This document shows positions 37,992 through 48,389 of a DNA stretch of 64,000 bases, in pieces. The DNA comes from Candidatus Latescibacterota bacterium (GTDB lineage Bacteria; Latescibacterota; UBA2968; UBA8231): positions 4,768,001 to 4,832,000 of the forward strand of contig OZ241867.1 in NCBI GenBank assembly GCA_965203175.1, written 5' to 3'. How positions within the stretch are numbered: position 1 is the stretch's first letter; the number at the start of each line of letters is the position of its first letter. Below the pieces are notes generated by a model, which was given only the letters and a program-made list of their open reading frames with translations, searched no databases and was not told the origin of the DNA. The translations under genes were made by a program, and so were the position numbers.

Positions 37992-38786
37992 TTAAGAAAC
38001 CGTCTGCAAACTCCACTGCTCGCACCCGGCAAAAGGCATGTGCTCCCCCTCGACGTACTGCGGCCGCGGCGCGTACTTATTCCCTACATCGGGCATCACG
38101 TCACCCCGGCACATAATGCACGGACTGCGATCCACAGTGACTCTGGTGCTGGTCGGAATGTAGCGCAGGGTAAGCCCGACCCGCCATTGATCCGAAGTGT
38201 TGGTATTGGACCCGTGAATGATACTGGGGTGGTGGATGGAAATATCCCCCGCCTCCAGTTCTAGATCAACGGCATCAGCGTCGTCGATCTGGTCGGGATG
38301 GATGCCGACGCCAAGGACGTACTTATCCCTATCGAGATCGACCATCTCGCTGCGCTTGAGCAGGCGCTTGGTATGCGTCCCCGGCAAAACCCGCATACAG
38401 CCATTGGCCACCGTCGAGTCCGTGCCGGCCACCCATAACGTGGTGACTTCCATCGGCTCCAAAGGCCAGTACGAGCCGTCCTGATGCCACTGCACGGCTT
38501 GGCCGGTACTGGGTTTTTTGGCGATATAATGCGCCGCAAACATGGCCACATTGGGCCCGAGGAATTGCGCGGCAATATCGACCAACCGGTCGTCGGTGAC
38601 TAGGCGGTGCATAAAGGGATCATTCACCATTAGTTCGTGGTGCAATTGCTCGGGGCGCGTGCCCGGATTCTTTTTAACTAACCAGTGTACGTGCTCCACG
38701 GTCTCAGCGGCTAGCTCCGCATCAATGGCCTTGCGGGCAATGCAAAAGCCCTGCTCGTCGTATGCTTGGCGCAGTGTTGTTTCCAT
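37992..38786 (-). CDS. PhyH family dioxygenase
   Basis: Start METTLR at 38786; K.P..G..V.WHQD..YW, NGCMRVLPGTH, IIHGS..NTS..R. Confidence 0.92.
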   Translation of the reverse strand: METTLRQAYDEQGFCIARKAIDAELAAETVEHVHWLVKKNPGTRPEQLHHELMVNDPFMHRLVTDDRLVDIAAQFLGPNVAMFAAHYIAKKPSTGQAVQWHQDGSYWPLEPMEVTTLWVAGTDSTVANGCMRVLPGTHTKRLLKRSEMVDLDRDKYVLGVGIHPDQIDDADAVDLELEAGDISIHHPSIIHGSNTNTSDQWRVGLTLRYIPTSTRVTVDRSPCIMCRGDVMPDVGNKYAPRPQYVEGEHMPFAGCEQWSLQTVS

Positions 38787-38802
38787 TCGCTCTCTTGCCC
38801 TC

Positions 38803-39138
38803 CTAGGCTCGCCACGCCGGATGGGTAACATGCAGCAAATAGGCCCGTTTCGGCACGGTGATAATCGTCTGCGTACCCTTCTCAATATAACCCAAGTCAC
38901 CTACCTCGTACTGCACCGGCTCCTGATCCGCGACTTGGATCTCCAAGTGCCCCTCCAACATGAAAAAGACCTCGTCGTAATCAAAGGTCCACACCAACCG
39001 GCTGGCCTCTAGATACTCGGTAAAACCGGCCGACAGTTTGTTGCCGACGCCAACAATGGGATCGGAAACCTGCACCGTGGCACCGGGCACGTCAAAAGCG
39101 GCTAAATTTCTCTGGTCCTTCTCGACTTTATAGATCAT
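38803..39138 (-). CDS. Cupin (EutQ-like) protein
   Basis: LSAGF, WT.DYDEVFFMLEG.L, GD..YI.KG, V.HP.W. Confidence 0.8.
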   Translation of the reverse strand: MIYKVEKDQRNLAAFDVPGATVQVSDPIVGVGNKLSAGFTEYLEASRLVWTFDYDEVFFMLEGHLEIQVADQEPVQYEVGDLGYIEKGTQTIITVPKRAYLLHVTHPAWRA

Positions 39139-39305
39139 GACGCACTCCTAGTTCTTTTTATACAACTTGAATTTCGCCATATTTCCTTCGCTCATGGCGT
39201 GTCGCTCTCCGGTCAGATGTGATAGAGTAACGTACGGGAATTCCGTAGTTGCACCAACAAGGGCACTCGCCTCCCCAAGTGCCTAGGCCATAGGAGCTAG
39301 CCGCT

Positions 39306-40607
39306 TTGTCCCACCCATCCATTCCTCCGACCACAGCCCAAGTCCTGGGACTACCCCCCCAGGACTTGACCCCTTTCTTCGCTGACCGCCCCTGTGCCCA
39401 AGCCCTAGAACGACTCGAAATCCTGGCCGCCTGGATGGCCAAGATAAATACCCAAAACCACGACGGCGTGACCTTGACCCCGGCCTTGGTGGAACATCTG
39501 TCCAGCGGCGATATCCACGCCCGCATCGCCGATTTGGACCAGCGGCGCCGGGCGACCAATCTGGGCCAATTTGACCCGGACGACCTTTTACAGCGGGAAC
39601 TGGAGTACCGGCGCTACGCCTCCGAGGCAAGACGCCAGCCGACCTGGCCTCAGGACGAAGTCGAACAACGGCGCGCCTTTGACGCTTTGGAGTTCCTTCC
39701 GCCCCAGCAGGAGGAGGATTGCCGCCTGACCGACCAGGACTGCCTCGAAGTCCAGCGGGCGGCCTGGGAGGCGCGCGGCCTACTCGATTTCTTGCGCCAT
39801 TTCCGCGCCCATACCCAAAGGCCCATCGTCGTGGTCGGCAACGAGCGCTACGGCCGCCTCTTTGTCGTCGAGCCCCTAGAGCCGCATTTGGCCGACGACT
39901 TTGCCGTGCGCTACGAGCGCACCCCCTCACACCTCTCTATGCGCCTGACCGTGCCCCACTATACCGAGCGCTTTCAGCGCAATGGCTTTGCTCCCGAGTT
40001 CATGCGCCACTTGAGCGCCCACATGCCCCACGTGGTGCTGGTAGACGTGTGCAGTCCCCGGGGCACTGAGCGCTATACCAAAGTCCCCCGAGGCATCCGC
40101 GATCTGGTCAATTGGTTCATGGTCTTCAACCACCTCCGCGCCCAGGGCGACCGCAGCCAGTACCAGGATCAGAGCGGCCTACCTCATCACTTGCTCGACG
40201 AGTTGGAAAAATGGTACGAGTTTGTCGTCGTGCGGCGGCGCATTGGCCCGTGGATCGAACCCGGTCCGACCTACGCCATCAGTCACTGGGCTCCCGAACT
40301 GAAAGAGGAAGTACTCATGGGTGATCTGGCCGTCCCCCGGCGGCCGGCCACACCCGGCGACGAGCCCCAGGTCATTTTGGCCAATCCCGCTCTGTATCGC
40401 ATCGAAGGAACGGACCTGCCCGAGTTCATGCGCCGCACCCAGCCTTATTACTTCAACGACCCAGAGAAGCGCATCCGCGAAGAGATTGTCCCCGGTTTTG
40501 GCACCCACGGCTTCGAGACCCGCGTGCGGGGCTGTACCACGGATCAGTACGTGGCCGCGGTGCAGCGCGCTATGGGTCAGGCCCTGCAAAGGTGCGAGTC
40601 TAGCTAG
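39306..40607 (+). CDS. Hypothetical protein
   Basis: 433-aa ORF with AGGAG RBS and TTG start, 2 bp from the next gene; no family recognised. Confidence 0.7.
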   Translation: MSHPSIPPTTAQVLGLPPQDLTPFFADRPCAQALERLEILAAWMAKINTQNHDGVTLTPALVEHLSSGDIHARIADLDQRRRATNLGQFDPDDLLQRELEYRRYASEARRQPTWPQDEVEQRRAFDALEFLPPQQEEDCRLTDQDCLEVQRAAWEARGLLDFLRHFRAHTQRPIVVVGNERYGRLFVVEPLEPHLADDFAVRYERTPSHLSMRLTVPHYTERFQRNGFAPEFMRHLSAHMPHVVLVDVCSPRGTERYTKVPRGIRDLVNWFMVFNHLRAQGDRSQYQDQSGLPHHLLDELEKWYEFVVVRRRIGPWIEPGPTYAISHWAPELKEEVLMGDLAVPRRPATPGDEPQVILANPALYRIEGTDLPEFMRRTQPYYFNDPEKRIREEIVPGFGTHGFETRVRGCTTDQYVAAVQRAMGQALQRCESS

Positions 40608-40609
40608 GC

Positions 40610-42826
40610 ATGATCCGCTGCCGACTCACAATTACTTCGCCCCTGCCCGGCGATTGGGGCCGCATTCCCTTTTCACCCGTCGTCGACTTTGACCGTCTCA
40701 TTGCCCAGGCCGGCGTCCAAGGCGTACTCGACCCCAATTCCATTGTCGTAGTCGATCTCGCTAGCGGTACACCCGTCGCTTTTGCCCGCAGCGAGGACCT
40801 AGCCTACGGCGATCGGGGCCGCATTGAGTGGACCATAGACGAGCCCGACCATATTGAATATGAAATCCGCTTTGCCACGGCCGATTGCCGGCCAGCACTA
40901 GTGCCGCAGTCCTACGTCCCCTTGGTGGGCAACGGCGACCTGCTCTGCTACAACGCCCCTGACCCGCGCCCCTTGGTCCTGAGCAATTCCCTGCATCTAA
41001 TCGACCTGAGCGGCGACGGCTTGGCCGACTTAGTGGGCTGCTGGAATTACTACCACCGTCCCGGCGCGCCCGTAAGCGGCTTGGTCTGCTGTCCGCGCAT
41101 TGGCACCGCAGAGGACTTGCTCTTTGGCGATATGGCGCGCCTGCGCTATGTCGAGGACGGCGAATTAAAGCACTTTCCCGGAGTGTACGTGCGGGTCGCC
41201 TTTGCCGATATGGATGGCAACGGGCTGGTCGACTTGGCCTTTGCCGACCGCAGTTGCAGTCAGGTCGCCTTCTTTCGCAACACGGGGCAACGCGACGAGG
41301 GCAACCTGCCGCTTTTTGCCCCCTACGGCTCTATTGAGACCCCTTTTGCGACCATTGAGCACTTGCTTCTGCAAGATATCACCGGCAACGGCGCGGTCGA
41401 TTTAGTGGTCAACGGCCACCTCATTGCCAATCTCGCGGCCCCCGGCGCTCCCTTCCGACCCAGCCCACCCCAAGACTTGGGCAGCGGCCCGCACATTGCC
41501 TTTCTCGACCTAGATGGCGACGGCCGTTTGGAACTGATCGGCCTAGACGCCTACCCACCCCCAGACCAGCCGCACGCGCTCCACTGGCGCGGTCTCACTG
41601 GCACCAACCCCATTCAGTACGGCCCGCCCCAAGCCCTGCCCAACATACCCGACGTCGCGGACTGCACCCAACTGGCCGCCAGCCAGGAGCCACACCCCGG
41701 CCTCCTGTTGCAGTGCAACACCTATCAGCATCTAGTCTTTTACGAATTGACCGGTCCCGGCCAGCTAGTGAGGCGCGGCCCTCTCCAAGCCCCATCGCCC
41801 CCGGTCTCTTGGAGCGATCAGGCCTGGCCCTGCGCGGCGGACTGGGACAGTGACGGCGTTTGGGATCTGGTCATTGGCGGTGGCTATGGCTGGCCGCGTC
41901 TAGTGCACAACCGGGGCGACAACCAGCGTCCCGCCTTTGACGAACCGCAATTGATCCCCTCCTCCGAGGGCCCCATCCGGGTGCTGCGCGGCGATTTGCT
42001 GGGCGGCGATCACTGGCACAATATGGGCTACCCCTATCCCGTGCTGGTCGATTGGGACGGCGACGGCCTGCTCGACCTGATGCTGCCCAATGAGACCAAC
42101 CGCATTATCTGGCATCGAAATATAGGTACTGACAAAGTCCCTTATTTTGGGCCGCGCCAATTCATCGAAGTGGAAGGCTTCCCCGACTCGCCCCAGACCC
42201 GAGCCGAATCGGGCCTTTTGAGCGCCGACCCCAACTTGCCCAATCACCCCTACCCAACCGATCCCCGCTCGCCTTTCTTCTGGCGCACTGGCGCTGCTTT
42301 TGCCGACTGGAACGGCGACGGCCTAATGGATTTTATCACTCACAGCTATCAGCGCCAAGCCACGCTTTTTGTTCAGTACATGCACGACGATGGTCAGCCG
42401 AGGGTCAGAGCGGCGGGCCCAGTGCTATTGGAGGACGGCCGCCCCATTGACGATAGCCTTGTCGGGAGGCAAAAACACTGGACCGAATCCTTCCGCGCCT
42501 GCGACTGGGACGGCGATGGCTTGATCGATCTCATCTACAATCTCGCCGGCACGGGCGAGATCTACCTCTTGCGCAATGTCGGCTCACCGCAAGAGCCCGT
42601 CTTTGCGGCCCCCCGGCAATTCAAGTGCTACGGCACCCCCATTGCCTGTACCATCCACGGCCCCAGCGCCTGGGCCGGCGATCTCAACGGCGACGGCAAG
42701 CCCGATCTCTTGGCCTGCGTCGAGTGGAGTGTGTATCCCTTTTTCGCCCACGCCGCCCTAGAGATGGACCGCCATCCGCAATATCGGATCGAATTGGTGG
42801 GGTCGGTAGGAGAGCGGTGTCGCTGA
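40610..42826 (+). CDS. FG-GAP/VCBS repeat protein
   Basis: Repeated D.[DN]GDG..DL motifs (DLSGDGLADL, DMDGNGLVDL, DWDGDGLLDL, DLNGDGKPDL). Confidence 0.9.
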   Translation: MIRCRLTITSPLPGDWGRIPFSPVVDFDRLIAQAGVQGVLDPNSIVVVDLASGTPVAFARSEDLAYGDRGRIEWTIDEPDHIEYEIRFATADCRPALVPQSYVPLVGNGDLLCYNAPDPRPLVLSNSLHLIDLSGDGLADLVGCWNYYHRPGAPVSGLVCCPRIGTAEDLLFGDMARLRYVEDGELKHFPGVYVRVAFADMDGNGLVDLAFADRSCSQVAFFRNTGQRDEGNLPLFAPYGSIETPFATIEHLLLQDITGNGAVDLVVNGHLIANLAAPGAPFRPSPPQDLGSGPHIAFLDLDGDGRLELIGLDAYPPPDQPHALHWRGLTGTNPIQYGPPQALPNIPDVADCTQLAASQEPHPGLLLQCNTYQHLVFYELTGPGQLVRRGPLQAPSPPVSWSDQAWPCAADWDSDGVWDLVIGGGYGWPRLVHNRGDNQRPAFDEPQLIPSSEGPIRVLRGDLLGGDHWHNMGYPYPVLVDWDGDGLLDLMLPNETNRIIWHRNIGTDKVPYFGPRQFIEVEGFPDSPQTRAESGLLSADPNLPNHPYPTDPRSPFFWRTGAAFADWNGDGLMDFITHSYQRQATLFVQYMHDDGQPRVRAAGPVLLEDGRPIDDSLVGRQKHWTESFRACDWDGDGLIDLIYNLAGTGEIYLLRNVGSPQEPVFAAPRQFKCYGTPIACTIHGPSAWAGDLNGDGKPDLLACVEWSVYPFFAHAALEMDRHPQYRIELVGSVGERCR

Positions 42827-42837
42827 AGAGAAATCCT

Positions 42838-45795
42838 ATGGAAAAAAAATGGCGTTTGGTCCGTGTCGCAGTGGCCGTATTCTCGATCTGCGGTGCAGGA
42901 GAAGTCGGCACCGAGACCAGAGAGTGGACAGCAGCAGAGGTAGACAGTGCTTTTGTAACGGTGGATCTGAGCGCGTACTACCACGGCAGATTCATCGGCA
43001 CGGATATGGGAGACGGGTACGGGATTGCCGAGGGGGAATTGCCCGAGGCGAACGCGCACATCGAGGTCGGGGGCATTCCCTTTCACATCGGCGACCGGGA
43101 GCGCGGGGACCACTTGGACGTGGGCTTGGCGCGCTGGCCCGACGTGGAACGGGATCCGGTGGGATTCTATTCGCACTACAAGCCGGCCTATGACGGAGAT
43201 CCCGAATGCCCAGTGGTGCACATCCCCCGGCAAAATTATTCTGGATTGTACCTCCTGTGCTTTGCCGACGCCGACACGGCAAAGACGCCCGTGGTGTCGT
43301 TCAGACTGGGATTACACGACGGCAACGGCATCCTCTTCGACAGCGCCATAGAGGTACCCCGGTGGAATGGACCAGGCAACGAGTGGGTCGTGACACAGGT
43401 GCCGCTGCGCCTGATCGGGGCAACCGGCGAAGAGCAAGGCCACCTCTTTGTAGTCAAGGCACCGCTGCGCTCAGGCGACACCCAAGACATCGTTGCCGAG
43501 GGAGCGCATCTGGATCTGGAACTGACCAAGGAATTGCACGTGGCCGTGCGCAATCCCGACCCAGCTCGCTTCCGCAAGCGGGCGCTGGGCCGTCCCAGCG
43601 CCGTGCGCGTACTAGGCCTCACGCTTGCTGTAGCACCGGTGCAGATGCGGGTGGAATCCGACGAAGTGGGCAATATATTTGTCGCGCCACAGGTGCCGGC
43701 CTTCACTATCGCCCTGCGCAACGCCACGGCCGAGGTGCGACAAACTCGAGTCGAGGCCGTGGTGACCGATTATTACGGAGCGGAGAGCCGGACGCGGGAA
43801 AATCTGCGCCTAGCACCTCTGGCTGCCGACACCCTGCGCCTCGAATTGCCGCAGGAAAAGCGCGGTTATTTCGCGGCGGTCTTCCACCTCTTCGACAGCG
43901 CCTCAGACGCGTTGCTGCAACGCCATACGACCTTTGCACTCCTACCCGAGGACCGACGCCAGGCGACCTATGCGGACTCGCCCTTTGGCACCTGGTGTTT
44001 TGGCACGGGGCACCGGGGCACCACCGTAGACCGGGCCGGACCACTGATGTACAAGGCGGGGATAAGGCGCACCTTGGGCGCGTACGGTTATGAGGCCCTC
44101 AAGAAATACGGCCTGACGCGCGGCCAGCACAGCAGCATCGTCGGCACGCATAAAGTCGGTGAAAGCGATCTGGAAGGTCTGCGCCGGACCTTCGCCCAGT
44201 GGCCCGACACGCGCCAAGCCCTGGTTTTCCACGAGAGCAATATCGGCCCGCTGAAGACCCATCCAGGTTTTATCATAGGCACCCAGCCCGCCCCACTGGA
44301 TTCGGCGACCCAAGCCGAGCTCGAGCGACGCTGGGTAGCAGCGACTACGGCCAGCGCCGCGGTGCGCCGCCTCGACCCAGACATGGAACTGGTCTTCGGC
44401 AATATGGTGCAGCCAGCGATCGAGCAATACTTGGCGCGCGGTTATCCGCGCCAGTACATCGATCGCTTGGGCGAAGAGTCGCCCGGCTTCATGCGCATGC
44501 CCGAACGCCAGCCCGAAGTGGCCGGCTTCTCCAGCCTGTGGTGGATGAAGGAGATGGCACGGCACTACGGGTACGGCGATGTCGGTCTGGCTGTCTCGTA
44601 CGAGTGGATGTACCACTCGACCAACCCCGGCAATCTCGACCAGCGCACGGCCGCCGCCTACAATGTGCGCGACTGCCTGCTGGCACTCGCCTACGGCGTG
44701 CCTCACGTCAACCCAGCGCTGGCCTACGACGTGGCCAACGCCTATTACTTCTCCAACTGGGGCGCTTCCGGCCTGTGCCACCGCCCGCCCGAGCTCAACC
44801 CCAAACCCGGGTACGTGGCCTACGCTACCCTGACGGCGCAGCTCGACCAAGCGCGCTTCTCGCGCAAATTGGCTACGGGCTCGACGAGCGTCTTTGCGCT
44901 GGAATTCGCCCGGGCAGACGGGCAGAAGGTATATGCCCTGTGGACCATTCGCGGCGAGAGAGAAATCATCCTGTCCGTGCGCGAAACGGAGGTCGCCGCG
45001 GTGACGGATGCCATGGGCAACGCTGCGCCCGTGGCGAGCAAGGCCGGCGAGGTCGTGGTGGTTGTGGATAATTCACCGCGCTACCTCAGCGGCGTCGAAG
45101 TCATGGCCGTGCGCGCCGGCACTGGGCGTTATGCGGCAGCGCCCGGCCCAGATGCCGTCCTCCTGCACGAACTCGACGACCCCGGTACTTGGCGGGTGAG
45201 CGCGCGCCAAGACACGACCTTCGAGAATTACACTTGGGACGTGGTGCGGCGTCCGGGGCGTTTTTCCTGGAGCGCGGTGCAGGACAGCGAGCGCGGTGCG
45301 GTCGCACGGGTGGCGTTGGCCGGTCCGCAAGGGGGACCGGACGTGGCGGCCTATTACAACTTCTGTGAGATGAGTGAAGCCGTCGTCCTACCGGGGGCTC
45401 CGCGCCAAATCGGCCTGTGGATCTACGGCAATTCGAGCTGGAGCCGCATCGTCTTTGCCCTAGAGGACGCCGAGGGCGAAGAGTGGGTCCACCTGGGCGC
45501 CGAACTCAACGGCCGCGCCGACTGGAACACCAACGACAGCGAGAGCACGTCCTTTGTCAATTTTGACGGCTGGCGCTACATGGGTATCGACCTGCCGGGC
45601 GAATACCCGTTTGAGCGCTACCAGTGGCCGCGCAAGTGCAATTGGCGCGCCACCGGCGGCAATGGGCTGGTCGATTACCCGCTGCGGCTCAAAGGTTTCT
45701 TCGTGCAGTTGCGCGAAAAGCTGGTGTACGTCGACGAGATGGTACCGGCGCAGAGCCGACACCTACTGCTCGACGATCTGATGTGTTCTTACTGA
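42838..45795 (+). CDS. Large secreted putative glycoside hydrolase (GH39/GH5-like clan, tentative)
   Basis: Signal peptide; SPFG, GL..R....PKPGYVAYATL motif seen in clan GH-A-like proteins; start uncertain (42817 GTG or 42838 ATG). Confidence 0.6.
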   Translation: MEKKWRLVRVAVAVFSICGAGEVGTETREWTAAEVDSAFVTVDLSAYYHGRFIGTDMGDGYGIAEGELPEANAHIEVGGIPFHIGDRERGDHLDVGLARWPDVERDPVGFYSHYKPAYDGDPECPVVHIPRQNYSGLYLLCFADADTAKTPVVSFRLGLHDGNGILFDSAIEVPRWNGPGNEWVVTQVPLRLIGATGEEQGHLFVVKAPLRSGDTQDIVAEGAHLDLELTKELHVAVRNPDPARFRKRALGRPSAVRVLGLTLAVAPVQMRVESDEVGNIFVAPQVPAFTIALRNATAEVRQTRVEAVVTDYYGAESRTRENLRLAPLAADTLRLELPQEKRGYFAAVFHLFDSASDALLQRHTTFALLPEDRRQATYADSPFGTWCFGTGHRGTTVDRAGPLMYKAGIRRTLGAYGYEALKKYGLTRGQHSSIVGTHKVGESDLEGLRRTFAQWPDTRQALVFHESNIGPLKTHPGFIIGTQPAPLDSATQAELERRWVAATTASAAVRRLDPDMELVFGNMVQPAIEQYLARGYPRQYIDRLGEESPGFMRMPERQPEVAGFSSLWWMKEMARHYGYGDVGLAVSYEWMYHSTNPGNLDQRTAAAYNVRDCLLALAYGVPHVNPALAYDVANAYYFSNWGASGLCHRPPELNPKPGYVAYATLTAQLDQARFSRKLATGSTSVFALEFARADGQKVYALWTIRGEREIILSVRETEVAAVTDAMGNAAPVASKAGEVVVVVDNSPRYLSGVEVMAVRAGTGRYAAAPGPDAVLLHELDDPGTWRVSARQDTTFENYTWDVVRRPGRFSWSAVQDSERGAVARVALAGPQGGPDVAAYYNFCEMSEAVVLPGAPRQIGLWIYGNSSWSRIVFALEDAEGEEWVHLGAELNGRADWNTNDSESTSFVNFDGWRYMGIDLPGEYPFERYQWPRKCNWRATGGNGLVDYPLRLKGFFVQLREKLVYVDEMVPAQSRHLLLDDLMCSY

Positions 45796-46032
45796 TCTAC
45801 TCGACTCTTCGCCGATGGATTTGTCACTCTATTTCCCGTGGAAACGAGAATCCGTGAAAATGAACACCGCGGATCCCGGCGCTTCAACCTCCAAAATTTC
45901 GGTGCCAGTCCAGCTGCACTGAAGATCAGTTGCAGACTGGAGTCGTCTCCCGGAGCAGTGAGCGGATTGTTCACTATGGCATTTTTCAATACTTTGGCTG
46001 CTGACGCGACCCCCAATGCCGGAGCTTCTCCA

Positions 46033-47064
46033 ATGAAAGTCCTCGTACGCCAGCGCGATCTCTCCGACGACTACCTGCGCTTCGCCGTGCAGATCGGAGC
46101 GGACGGCATCGATATCCACAACGCGGAAAGCCTACCTGGGTTTGCCGAGCAGGGCTACCCGCACTTAGAGGAATTGCGCATACTGAAAGCCCGAGTCGAG
46201 GCAGCCGGACTACACATCTACCGCGTCACCCCGGCCGAACCAATCCGCTTCCTGAGCGGCGAGCCCGGTGGCGAGGCGCAGCTCGACGCCCTGTGCACGG
46301 CGATCGAGATCATCGGGCGCGTGGGCATTCCATTCATGTCGATGCCCGTCCATCTGGCGCAGACGCCGGCGTACCGGCACCACAATCCGGGCTACCGCGG
46401 CGGCTACACCAAGGTCCATCGGGGTGGCTACCGCATGGGTGCTTTCGATGCCGAGCGCCTGCGGCAAAGCCTCGCCGCCGATCCCATTGAGCCTTTCGAC
46501 CCAGAGGAGCACTGGCAACGCTGCGTGCACATGTACGAACGGCTCGTACCCGTGGCCGAGGCCTGCGACGTGCGGCTCATCATCCATCCCTCCGACCCAC
46601 CCCTGCCCGATAGCGAACTCTCCCCCCGGCGCTGGACAGACATCTTAGATGCAGTGCCCAGCGACCACAGTGGTCTGCTCTACTGCATCGGCACCCGCTA
46701 CGAAGCCCTCGGGGACGGCGTTCTCGACGACATCCGCCACTGGGGTCGGCAGGGAAAAATCTTCCACACCCACTTCCGCAACGTCCAGGGGACAGTGCCC
46801 GGCGGCGGGTACGCCGAAGTCGGACTAGACGACGGCGACATGAATATGTTTGCCGTGCTCGAAACGCTGCGCGAGGTAGGTTTCAACGGCGGCTTGCAAA
46901 TGGATCACCTGCCGCACTACGACGACGACGGCGAACAGCGCGCGGCCACCGCCTTTGCCGTGGGTTATACAAAGGCGTTGCTCCAGGCTCTCGATGGGCT
47001 GGCGTCATTTGCGCCAAAGACTACATCAGCCGCAAATCGTCCGCATGAGGTCGAGTCATCCTGA
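46033..47064 (+). CDS. Mannonate dehydratase (UxuA)-like protein
   Basis: LVPVAE..DVRL.IHP.DPP, GL..C.GT, KIFH.HFRNV, DDGD.NM, DH.P, AFAVGY.KAL. Confidence 0.85.
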   Translation: MKVLVRQRDLSDDYLRFAVQIGADGIDIHNAESLPGFAEQGYPHLEELRILKARVEAAGLHIYRVTPAEPIRFLSGEPGGEAQLDALCTAIEIIGRVGIPFMSMPVHLAQTPAYRHHNPGYRGGYTKVHRGGYRMGAFDAERLRQSLAADPIEPFDPEEHWQRCVHMYERLVPVAEACDVRLIIHPSDPPLPDSELSPRRWTDILDAVPSDHSGLLYCIGTRYEALGDGVLDDIRHWGRQGKIFHTHFRNVQGTVPGGGYAEVGLDDGDMNMFAVLETLREVGFNGGLQMDHLPHYDDDGEQRAATAFAVGYTKALLQALDGLASFAPKTTSAANRPHEVESS

Positions 47065-47136
47065 TTCCCGGCAACACCCCATCTTACGCCGGGGCCGCCG
47101 TCGCACCGGGCTTGCCAGCCACCAAGGAGATCCGAC

Positions 47137-48384
47137 GTGAAGGTGGCTAGTGTCGAACTCACGAACCTCGACGTGCCATTCGAGCAGTATGCTGGTCAGC
47201 ACCTGCAGTACTGGATTGCGCCGTGGCGGATCGTTCAGGTATGCAAGCTGACGCTGGACAACGGCGTTGTCGGTTGGGGTGAGACCATCCCGAACGCCAC
47301 CCATGCCCGGGTACCTGACGACATCGCAGAACGAATCGTCGGTGAAGAGGCAGCGGCTCTATTATGGAGAGACGAGCTCGGCGCTGGCGTGCAGATCGCC
47401 CTATTCGATGCCGTAGCGAAAAACGAGAACGTCCCGATCTGCGACCTGCTTGGGCCGCAGGTACGCAACGGGTGTCCGATCTCCTGGTGGACCTGCGACA
47501 TGGGCCCGGAAGATTGGGCTCGACAGTGCGAGATGGCCGTTGCGCGGGGATACATGTCGGCCAAGCTCAAGACGAGGCCGTGGCAGGATTTGCACGCCTG
47601 CTTGCAGGCGGTGCTGCGCGTAATTCCGCCGCAATTTAGACTCGACCTCGATTTCAACGGCCACCTAGTGAATGCCGCCAATGCAGTCCCGCTGCTAAAA
47701 TCGCTCGAGCAGTACGAGCAACTGGCGATGATCGAAACTCCGATACCGCAGGAAGATATCGCTGGCAACCTCCAAGTCCGGTCGCGAATCAACCGGCCCA
47801 TCGCCATGCACGTGGACAGGCCTCCGATCATGACAGTGCTGCGCGACGACATCGCGGACGGCCTAATTGTCGGGGGCGGTGCCTCGCAGCTAATGCAACA
47901 GCAGGCCGTAGTCGCGGCCGCCAACAAGCCGTTCTGGCTGCAACTGGTCGGCACCGGCATCACCACAGCCTGGGCGGCTCACGTGGGGGCGGTCTGCCCC
48001 GAGGCCCGGTGGCCGGCCATCACCTGCATGAACATCTACCAGAGTCAGCTGCTGCAGAGACCCATCGAGGTGCAGGGCGGCTACTACCCGGTTCCCGCAG
48101 GGCCCGGTCTGGGTATCGAGATCGATGAGGCGGCGGTGCAGAAATACGCGGTGGATTACTCGACAGTACGCGAAGTTCGCCACTTTTATCGCTATGTCCG
48201 CTCCGGCGGCGAGAGCGCGCACATCGCCGGCAACAGGAGCGCTTTCCACGGGCGCTACCGGCAAGCTGGACTGCCCCTTTTCGAGGCCGGCTCGACGCTC
48301 GAGGTCATCGCCGACGACGGCAGCAGCGAATTCGCCGAGTTCTACAGCGAGATCGAGCGGCGCGGCGTACTCTTCGGAGAATAA
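47137..48384 (+). CDS. Mandelate racemase/muconate lactonizing enzyme family protein, paralog of 8269-9534
   Basis: VGWGET, LGAG.Q.ALFD, PISWW, K.K.RPW, DLDFNG, ETPIPQ, PFWLQ.VG.G.T, GPGLG.E.D. Confidence 0.9.
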   Translation: MKVASVELTNLDVPFEQYAGQHLQYWIAPWRIVQVCKLTLDNGVVGWGETIPNATHARVPDDIAERIVGEEAAALLWRDELGAGVQIALFDAVAKNENVPICDLLGPQVRNGCPISWWTCDMGPEDWARQCEMAVARGYMSAKLKTRPWQDLHACLQAVLRVIPPQFRLDLDFNGHLVNAANAVPLLKSLEQYEQLAMIETPIPQEDIAGNLQVRSRINRPIAMHVDRPPIMTVLRDDIADGLIVGGGASQLMQQQAVVAAANKPFWLQLVGTGITTAWAAHVGAVCPEARWPAITCMNIYQSQLLQRPIEVQGGYYPVPAGPGLGIEIDEAAVQKYAVDYSTVREVRHFYRYVRSGGESAHIAGNRSAFHGRYRQAGLPLFEAGSTLEVIADDGSSEFAEFYSEIERRGVLFGE

Positions 48385-48389
48385 GAACC

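Noticed and set aside
42625-42837. Extension making a 1056-aa ORF
   Set aside because: Shadow frame overlapping the FG-GAP gene; the signal peptide starts near 42838.
43206-45071. Long (about 300 aa) alternative and antisense ORFs
   Set aside because: Typical high-GC shadow ORFs over a well-formed coding gene, with no motifs.
45826-45940. REP-like degenerate palindrome (TTCCCGTGGAAACGAGAA) and an imperfect hairpin in the intergenic gap
   Set aside because: Single, imperfect copies with no second instance noticed in the window; too weak to call.
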